Virus record (IMG/VR): IMGVR_UViG_3300027861_000007 | Coordinates: 1 to 36,836 of that record | Direction: 5' to 3' (one strand) | Origin: a virus | DNA length: 36,836 bases | Part shown: positions 7,241 to 12,452 of the stretch, piece by piece | Layout of the letters: the number at the start of each line of letters is the position of its first letter | How positions within the stretch are numbered: position 1 is the stretch's first letter | Translations under genes and position numbers: made by a program | Notes under the pieces: model-generated | The model's database searches: none | Told to the model about the DNA's origin: nothing | What the model saw: only the letters and a program-made list of their open reading frames with translations

Positions 7241-7606
7241 TTAAGGACATTCAAAATATTTTAAACTTGCTTTCCAATTCCCATAGAAGGTCACACCTCC
7301 TTTATAGTAGTCATAACACTTTTGAATCTGCCACTCTGGATCAGTGAAGAATCTTTCATCATTCACCGCATCTGGATGCCACTTCTCATTTATGCCACAA
7401 AACCCCCAATCGTAACTGCCATCCTTATTTTGCCCATGCCTTCTATCAGGAGTCCAAAGAGCATTTTCTGAATTAAGCAACGCAAGGAAGTGAGTGTCAT
7501 TATTACTGATCCTAGCAGCTATCCGAACATACTGTTGCTGATCTTCATCTACATCCTTTTTGTAGCATAGTTTTTCAGAAGGTTTCGCTTCTATTGAAAA
7601 TCGCAT
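7241..7606 (-). CDS. Lysozyme-like (c-type/SLT-like) muramidase domain protein
   Basis: LLNSENALWTPDRRHGQNKDGSYDWGFCGINEKW parallels the lysozyme/SLT core ES...N.DGS.DYG..QIN..W, which carries the catalytic Glu and an Asp. Confidence 0.5.
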   Translation of the reverse strand: MRFSIEAKPSEKLCYKKDVDEDQQQYVRIAARISNNDTHFLALLNSENALWTPDRRHGQNKDGSYDWGFCGINEKWHPDAVNDERFFTDPEWQIQKCYDYYKGGVTFYGNWKASLKYFECP

Positions 7607-7878
7607 GTAAGCTTTGACTTTGCTGCACAGCCCTCGAGTTCTTTTACAGTATAATCTTCTGGGTTGACCATCTTATTCTTGCACCACTCCCTTTCAATTA
7701 CACAGTTGTTTATCTTATACATGAGTTTATTCAACTCCCATTTTGCCTGAAAGTTGTCAGGCTGCCCCATGCCTACAGCGATATTGATCGCAAGCCACGA
7801 AAGCATTAAGATTGATATTCCTGCCATGACTGGTTTGGTTAGAAGTTTTCTTTTTAACTTCATTGTTACTTGTTCCAT
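7591..7878 (-). CDS. N-terminally membrane-anchored protein (95 aa), possible lysis accessory
   Basis: A basic N-terminus is followed by the hydrophobic stretch PVMAGISILMLSWLAINIAVG. The gene lies immediately upstream of the lysozyme-like gene. Confidence 0.4.
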   Translation of the reverse strand: MEQVTMKLKRKLLTKPVMAGISILMLSWLAINIAVGMGQPDNFQAKWELNKLMYKINNCVIEREWCKNKMVNPEDYTVKELEGCAAKSKLTCDFQ

Positions 7879-7929
7879 GTGTGTTTTTGTTATTTATTTT
7901 TATATTTTAAAGCCCAAAGGCAATTGTTT

Positions 7930-8184
7930 TTATAAACATTCAGGGTGTTTTTCATAAAACTCCTCCACTTCTTTATCTATCCTTTCAATATCTTCTTGTA
8001 GAGCAAGGTAAGGGTGCTTTCTGGCAAAATGGCTCTTGCTACATCCACGAACATTTCCAAGGTCATTTTTATATAAAACATAATTATTTCCCTCAATTTC
8101 TAAAATCCTTCTATACATATACATGCGCTCATTTAGATAAGTTCCCCCTACTTTCAATTTTGATGCAGTTATTCGTTCTCTCAT
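7930..8184 (-). CDS. Hypothetical protein (84 aa)
   Basis: ATG-initiated ORF, coupled to the upstream small gene by an ATGA overlap. Confidence 0.6.
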   Translation of the reverse strand: MRERITASKLKVGGTYLNERMYMYRRILEIEGNNYVLYKNDLGNVRGCSKSHFARKHPYLALQEDIERIDKEVEEFYEKHPECL

Positions 8185-8357
8185 TTGTTTAAAAGGTTAG
8201 AAAATTCTTCATTTTGTTCTGCGATCCTTTTAAGCATTTTGACAGCACTGTTGTCGCTTTTCCATCCCATATACTCTTTGATAGTTCCTAGAGTTGGGAT
8301 TCTCATATTTTCAGGATCAGTACAAAACCTATAAAGTTTAAGTTGTTTATCAGTCAT
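8181..8357 (-). CDS. LexA-N-terminal-domain-like winged-helix DNA-binding protein, 58 aa (not in the ORF track)
   Basis: Hand translation gives MTDKQLKLYRFCTDPENMRIPTLGTIKEYMGWKSDNSAVKMLKRIAEQNEEFSNLLNK*. The pattern LT.KQ...(P)T...I....G.KS.N.....LK.I parallels the LexA DNA-binding domain. There is no peptidase domain. Confidence 0.5.
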   Translation of the reverse strand: MTDKQLKLYRFCTDPENMRIPTLGTIKEYMGWKSDNSAVKMLKRIAEQNEEFSNLLNK

Positions 8358-8513
8358 TTAAAAACAGTTCTTATAAAATTGTATTACTTCTGGTAAGCGT
8401 AAAAACAAGAGAGTGGCAATAGTTCCATATAGAAACAACGCCACCGCTATCATTAGAATCTTTCCCCATTCAGTCCGATACCTATTTGTAGGTTGATACA
8501 AGGTTCTGTGCAT
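8358..8513 (-). CDS. Small membrane protein, 51 aa, first gene of the P1 operon (not in the ORF track)
   Basis: Hand translation gives MHRTLYQPTNRYRTEWGKILMIAVALFLYGTIATLLFLRLPEVIQFYKNCF*. It has one hydrophobic helix and follows the leader ATCTTAACTAAAACgaaATG. Confidence 0.5.
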   Translation of the reverse strand: MHRTLYQPTNRYRTEWGKILMIAVALFLYGTIATLLFLRLPEVIQFYKNCF

Positions 8514-8541
8514 TTCGTTTTAGTTAAGATATTACGCCTAT

Positions 8542-8570
8542 ATAGTACCAATGTTTACAAGTGTTTACAA
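8542..8570 (-). promoter_or_regulatory. Promoter P1: TTGTAA-N17-TACTAT (sigma70-like)
   Basis: The minus strand reads cTTGTAAacacttgtaaacattggTACTATatagg. The -35 is at 8570-8565 and the -10 at 8547-8542. A T-rich tract lies upstream. Confidence 0.6.
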
Positions 8571-9045
8571 GTGATTCTCTGGGTTTTCTCCTAAATAAAA
8601 AAAAGCAAAAGTATTTGTTTATCGTGAAGCAGGAGCATAGGCTTACAGTAGCTTTGCTTATATATACAGCTATCCTATAGTAGCATCACGCTCTGTATCC
8701 TATTTCGGAGAGCATATAAGACCGTTTTCATGGCTTTGCGTGCCTTGCTGTTCCCAAACAGATTTTACTTGTGCGTCTACTTTTATACTTCCACAAGTCC
8801 ACTTAAGGAGGGGCTATATCGCTCGCTATCGCAGAGGACACAGATAGGATTCTGTAGCTAGGTCTTTTTACGCCCCCTAGTGACATCCCACAAGTCTTTG
8901 CTAGGCGTGGAGACAAAAAAAGATCTATCTCCTGCGACCACCTGAATCAGATGATTTTGCGACGGTAAGTCGCATGAGATAAACCTCTTTCATCTAATTC
9001 AATTATGTCGCAACCCCATTATAAAGCAATCACACTCAAAGTCAA

Positions 9046-9077
9046 ATTTAAAACAAAGAGCGACCCATAGAGTCGCC
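9046..9077 (-). terminator. Rho-independent terminator T2 after the late operon
   Basis: Minus strand: GGCGACtctatggGTCGCT followed by CTTTGTTTT. Confidence 0.6.
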
Positions 9078-9086
9078 CCTTGCCAT

Positions 9087-9110
9087 CTTAACCAAAACCC
9101 GAAGTACGGG
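9087..9110 (-). terminator. Short terminator-like hairpin T1, 17 nt after the M23 peptidase stop
   Basis: Minus strand: CCCGtacttCGGG followed by TTTTGG. The stem is only 4 bp. Confidence 0.4.
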
Positions 9111-9126
9111 AAAAGGCATATATAGT

Positions 9127-9822
9127 TTAAAACAAATCACTCAATTTATCAATCACAACCATCGCTCTATAAGCTGGCATCTTATCTACCTTCCCTATTA
9201 TCTTTAAGTTTTTGAGTATCTTTTGAAACTCTAACATGTCTATTTCAGCATTCGGATCTTTAGGCGCCATTCCTAACTTCACAGCTTTCTCCCAGGAATC
9301 CCTAGCCCATTCAGGTATTACTTCTTGTTTGCTCAACCACACCCAAGGATCTAAATAATAACTCTTTACATACTGTTTAGACTTGTTAGATGGGTAATAA
9401 CACCACTTGCGCCAATGTTTCGCCTGTTTTATAGCCATATCACGATTAAACACCTCAAAATGTAAATGAGGACTCCCAGTACCACTGTTTCCCAAATATC
9501 CAATCAATTCTCCTTCTTTTACATACTTCGCAACCTTTATCCCATCAGCAACTTCTTTCAAGTGTGCATATCGTGTGTAATTGCCGTCTGCGTGGATTAT
9601 AATCACAAACCACCCTAGACCTCCATTATTGTTATTCTTCCATGTAGGAGCGGGTGAAACATACTCTATATGCCCTGCTCGTGCCGACACTACATCTTGT
9701 CCATAATCTTTCCATCCATACGACCAATTGAAGTCTATTCCAGGATGGTAGACTTTGTGTTTGCCATAATACTCCAGCCAATCAAGACCAGTTAACGGCA
9801 TTGAATACTTTGTTGGATACAT
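9127..9822 (-). CDS. M23-family (LytM-like) peptidoglycan metallo-endopeptidase
   Basis: HPGIDF (HxxxD) and GNSGTGSPHLHFEV (HxH) motifs. It is the last gene of the tail/late operon. Confidence 0.85.
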   Translation of the reverse strand: MYPTKYSMPLTGLDWLEYYGKHKVYHPGIDFNWSYGWKDYGQDVVSARAGHIEYVSPAPTWKNNNNGGLGWFVIIIHADGNYTRYAHLKEVADGIKVAKYVKEGELIGYLGNSGTGSPHLHFEVFNRDMAIKQAKHWRKWCYYPSNKSKQYVKSYYLDPWVWLSKQEVIPEWARDSWEKAVKLGMAPKDPNAEIDMLEFQKILKNLKIIGKVDKMPAYRAMVVIDKLSDLF

Positions 9823-9835
9823 ATAATTTGGTTAA

Positions 9836-10063
9836 TTATAAAGTCCCTTTAAAGAGTTTTACTTCAAATTCTCCTTTTTTATTTTTTAAAACCGTTAGAT
9901 TATCTACTGAATGGAGTGGGCATTCCACTTCCACATACGGGAAATCCATTGAAATCTCGCCATCACTCATTCCAACTACAGGATATTGAACAAAACCACC
10001 CTTTCCAACAACTTTAACAGGTCTATAAAACACCTTTCGGTGGAATTCTGATTTTTTAGCCAT
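9836..10063 (-). CDS. Hypothetical protein (75 aa)
   Basis: ORF with leader GTAACCttaaaatATG. Confidence 0.6.
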   Translation of the reverse strand: MAKKSEFHRKVFYRPVKVVGKGGFVQYPVVGMSDGEISMDFPYVEVECPLHSVDNLTVLKNKKGEFEVKLFKGTL

Positions 10064-10072
10064 ATTTTAAGG

Positions 10073-11812
10073 TTACATATCCATTATTTGAGCGAGCATC
10101 TTGAGTCCATTATCCCCATTCGCTCCCTTGTTTCCGTCTTGTCCAGAGTAGCCTGTCCCTGCACCATTCCCTCCTCTACCTCCTCCACCTCCAACTCCAC
10201 CTTCATTGTTTATTGTTCCTCCGTTATCTGTAAATACACCTTTGCTTAAAATTATCACATCAGCTCCTCGACCTCCATCACCACCATCACCTCCAGCACC
10301 TCCGTCCTGGTTGTTGTTTCCAACCTGTCCATTACCACCATCACCACCATCGCCACCTTGTCCATTTACAACAAGCGTTGATGCGAGAGTGACCGTTCCA
10401 ATTGTTTGAATTATTAGGGGAGCTGATCCAGCTTTTCCATCACCTCCGTCACCTCCAGCCCCTCCTTTCCCTCCGGAAGCACCTCCTTCCGCTCCTCCGA
10501 ATCCACCTTTTCCTCCGGTTCGACCATCCCCACCTTTTCCTCCTTTTCCTCCGTTCGCCACACCGACTGAATTTGTACCAACTCCACCAACTCCGCCAAT
10601 TCCTCCAACTCCGTGTAATCCAGCACCTCCTTCTCCTCCGATTCCGCCTGGGTTTCCGACACCACCAATTCCTCCGACCCCTCCATTTGTATACCCATCC
10701 CCTCCTTTTCCACCGACTTTGCCAGTATAAGACTTGTCACTTTGCCCCGAATTGCCTCCGATACCGCCATTCCCTGCATTTGCACCAGAAGCTCCACCAA
10801 CACCGCCCATAGCTCCCTGCGCTCCGCCACCTCCTTCCGCTCCGCCATTCCCTGCATTCCCACCATTTCCAGTATTATATCCTCCACCAGCTCCACCGCC
10901 TCCTCCTCCGTTTCCTCCAAAAGCTCCGGTTGTTCCACCTCCGCCATTCGCACCATTTACAGTCGCAGTCGTACCTCCATTAGTTCCTGCTCCACCTCCG
11001 TTTCCTCCAGCTCCTCCTCCTCCACCCCCACCTCCAACAGAAGAATTCCCACCCGATCCAGGAGATCCAGCAGAACCAACTCCGCCAGCACCTCCGACCC
11101 CAGGAGTACCACTTGCCGCATCTCCGTCACCCCCATCTCCTCCATCGTAAGTTGCAGATACTCCTCCGTCACCTCCAGCCGAATGAACAAAGGCTGGCCT
11201 AGGTTCGCCACCTTGAAGATTGTATCTTCTGGTTGCTCTCGATAATGCGTTATCAACCAAATTTCTCAATTCGATCGTTCCGCTTAAAGCAGAATTTCCT
11301 GAATTATTTATAAATCCTCCTCCGTCTTGACCTGTAAAAGCCAAGGTCGCCCCATTTGAAAGGCTCACAGAAGAATAGTTGTATATCTGATCTGTATTTA
11401 TTGTTGTTGTTCCTGCTCCGATTGATAAAGCTCCATCACTCCCAGCTCCACCGAACTCATCGCCCTTCTTTACTAACTCAAAGTTTGTTCCGTCATACAT
11501 CACTATCACCAATTCCCCAGACCTGATCTCTCCCTCAATAGGATCATCCCCATTATGTTTAAAACTTATCGCTCCGATTGTGTTCACATTCAAAGTGGAA
11601 GCTCCTGTAATAGAGAATCCAGCATTGAATTTAATTATATCCCCTGCTGTATAAGCAACATATTGAGCGTCTATAGCCAAGGTTTGAACATCCGCCGCTC
11701 CGCCAGAAGTGGCATAATCACCCGCATTTCTTATCAGATCCAACCTTAAAGCATTTCTTTCTGCAGCCGTTATAATATCATTAGCCGCTACTGTTGATGA
11801 AGTTAAAGCCAT
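10073..11812 (-). CDS. Tail fibre-like protein with a very long glycine-rich (GGxGG) domain
   Basis: A globular N-terminus of about 200 aa is followed by about 350 aa dominated by GG[ADNKVI]GG units, for example GGDGGDGGNG, GGKGGKGGDG and GGIGGVGGVG. It lies in the distal-tail gene block. Confidence 0.65.
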   Translation of the reverse strand: MALTSSTVAANDIITAAERNALRLDLIRNAGDYATSGGAADVQTLAIDAQYVAYTAGDIIKFNAGFSITGASTLNVNTIGAISFKHNGDDPIEGEIRSGELVIVMYDGTNFELVKKGDEFGGAGSDGALSIGAGTTTINTDQIYNYSSVSLSNGATLAFTGQDGGGFINNSGNSALSGTIELRNLVDNALSRATRRYNLQGGEPRPAFVHSAGGDGGVSATYDGGDGGDGDAASGTPGVGGAGGVGSAGSPGSGGNSSVGGGGGGGGAGGNGGGAGTNGGTTATVNGANGGGGTTGAFGGNGGGGGGAGGGYNTGNGGNAGNGGAEGGGGAQGAMGGVGGASGANAGNGGIGGNSGQSDKSYTGKVGGKGGDGYTNGGVGGIGGVGNPGGIGGEGGAGLHGVGGIGGVGGVGTNSVGVANGGKGGKGGDGRTGGKGGFGGAEGGASGGKGGAGGDGGDGKAGSAPLIIQTIGTVTLASTLVVNGQGGDGGDGGNGQVGNNNQDGGAGGDGGDGGRGADVIILSKGVFTDNGGTINNEGGVGGGGGRGGNGAGTGYSGQDGNKGANGDNGLKMLAQIMDM

Positions 11813-11814
11813 AT

Positions 11815-12420
11815 TTAAGCGTCGTTAAATGTAATTATACTTTGTACGTTTAAAGTTTCTACATTCGATTTAGTTATCGACTGTGTAAACCTATTAAATA
11901 ATTGCCCTGTATCAGCCCCAGCACCTCCATCTATAAACATCCCATATTCTTCATAAGTTCCAGTTGTTTCAGTAGCTGTAAAAAAAGTTTCAATATAAGC
12001 AACATTGCTCGCATCTGTTCCTGAACTCAAAGCCTTTCTATATACCTCCGTCCCTAAAGTAGCATCAGCAACAGTAGGTGCAGCATTACTAGATCCCAAC
12101 GCTGTATAGTTTACGTTTCCTGTATAAGTATTATCACCACCTAATCTTTGAGCTAAAACACTCCTACCAACTGTAGTTGTTATGTTATCCACTACAAACT
12201 CCTGTGTCTTAAATTTATGTAAACGATCAATATGGAATCTATATTCATCCCACAACTGTTTTAACAGTCCTCTGGTGGCTTCACCCGTTTTAATCAACAA
12301 CTGTCGTGCTAGGTGGCATTCCTCGAGCCTACGCTCACATTCTTGGGCCTTCTCATTGCGAACATCACATAAGGTAATTATATGAGTTCCTTTCGTCTTT
12401 AAAGTTTCATTGGTTTCCAT
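11815..12420 (-). CDS. Tail/baseplate-associated structural protein (201 aa)
   Basis: It lies between the 806-aa distal tail protein and the fibre. The function is not recognised from motifs. Confidence 0.4.
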   Translation of the reverse strand: METNETLKTKGTHIITLCDVRNEKAQECERRLEECHLARQLLIKTGEATRGLLKQLWDEYRFHIDRLHKFKTQEFVVDNITTTVGRSVLAQRLGGDNTYTGNVNYTALGSSNAAPTVADATLGTEVYRKALSSGTDASNVAYIETFFTATETTGTYEEYGMFIDGGAGADTGQLFNRFTQSITKSNVETLNVQSIITFNDA

Positions 12421-12440
12421 AATAGTTTGTTACATTATAT

Positions 12441-12449
12441 ATTTTAGCA
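12441..12449 (-). promoter_or_regulatory. Extended -10-like element TGcTAAAAT, 20 nt upstream of ATG 12420
   Basis: The minus strand reads aaGTGCTAAAATATAtaatgtaacaaactattATG. The 13-mer GTGCTAAAATATA recurs at 18502-18514. Confidence 0.4.
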
Positions 12450-12452
12450 CTT

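Noticed and set aside
8571-9126. CRISPR mini-array, retron msr/msd or DGR template in the long spacer
   Set aside because: There are no regularly spaced direct repeats of 24 nt or more, there is no reverse transcriptase anywhere in the genome, and no spacer-region segment visibly matches a structural-gene C-terminus.
9083-9126. A plus-strand gene using the plus-oriented TCTTAACCAAAAC box, and a 12-codon minus-strand ORF (MARGDSMGRSLF) at 9046..9084
   Set aside because: No ATG/GTG/TTG follows the plus-strand box within 7-11 nt. The 12-codon frame coincides with the terminator hairpin and is too short to support.
10206-11256. Five long alternative-frame ORFs, on both strands, inside the glycine-rich fibre gene (Pro-rich, Glu-rich and Ser/Leu-rich translations)
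   Set aside because: These are an expected artefact of GGN codon repeats. The antisense strand reads NCC (Pro/Ser/Thr/Ala) and shifted frames read GAG/GTG-type codons with few stops. There is no independent start context.
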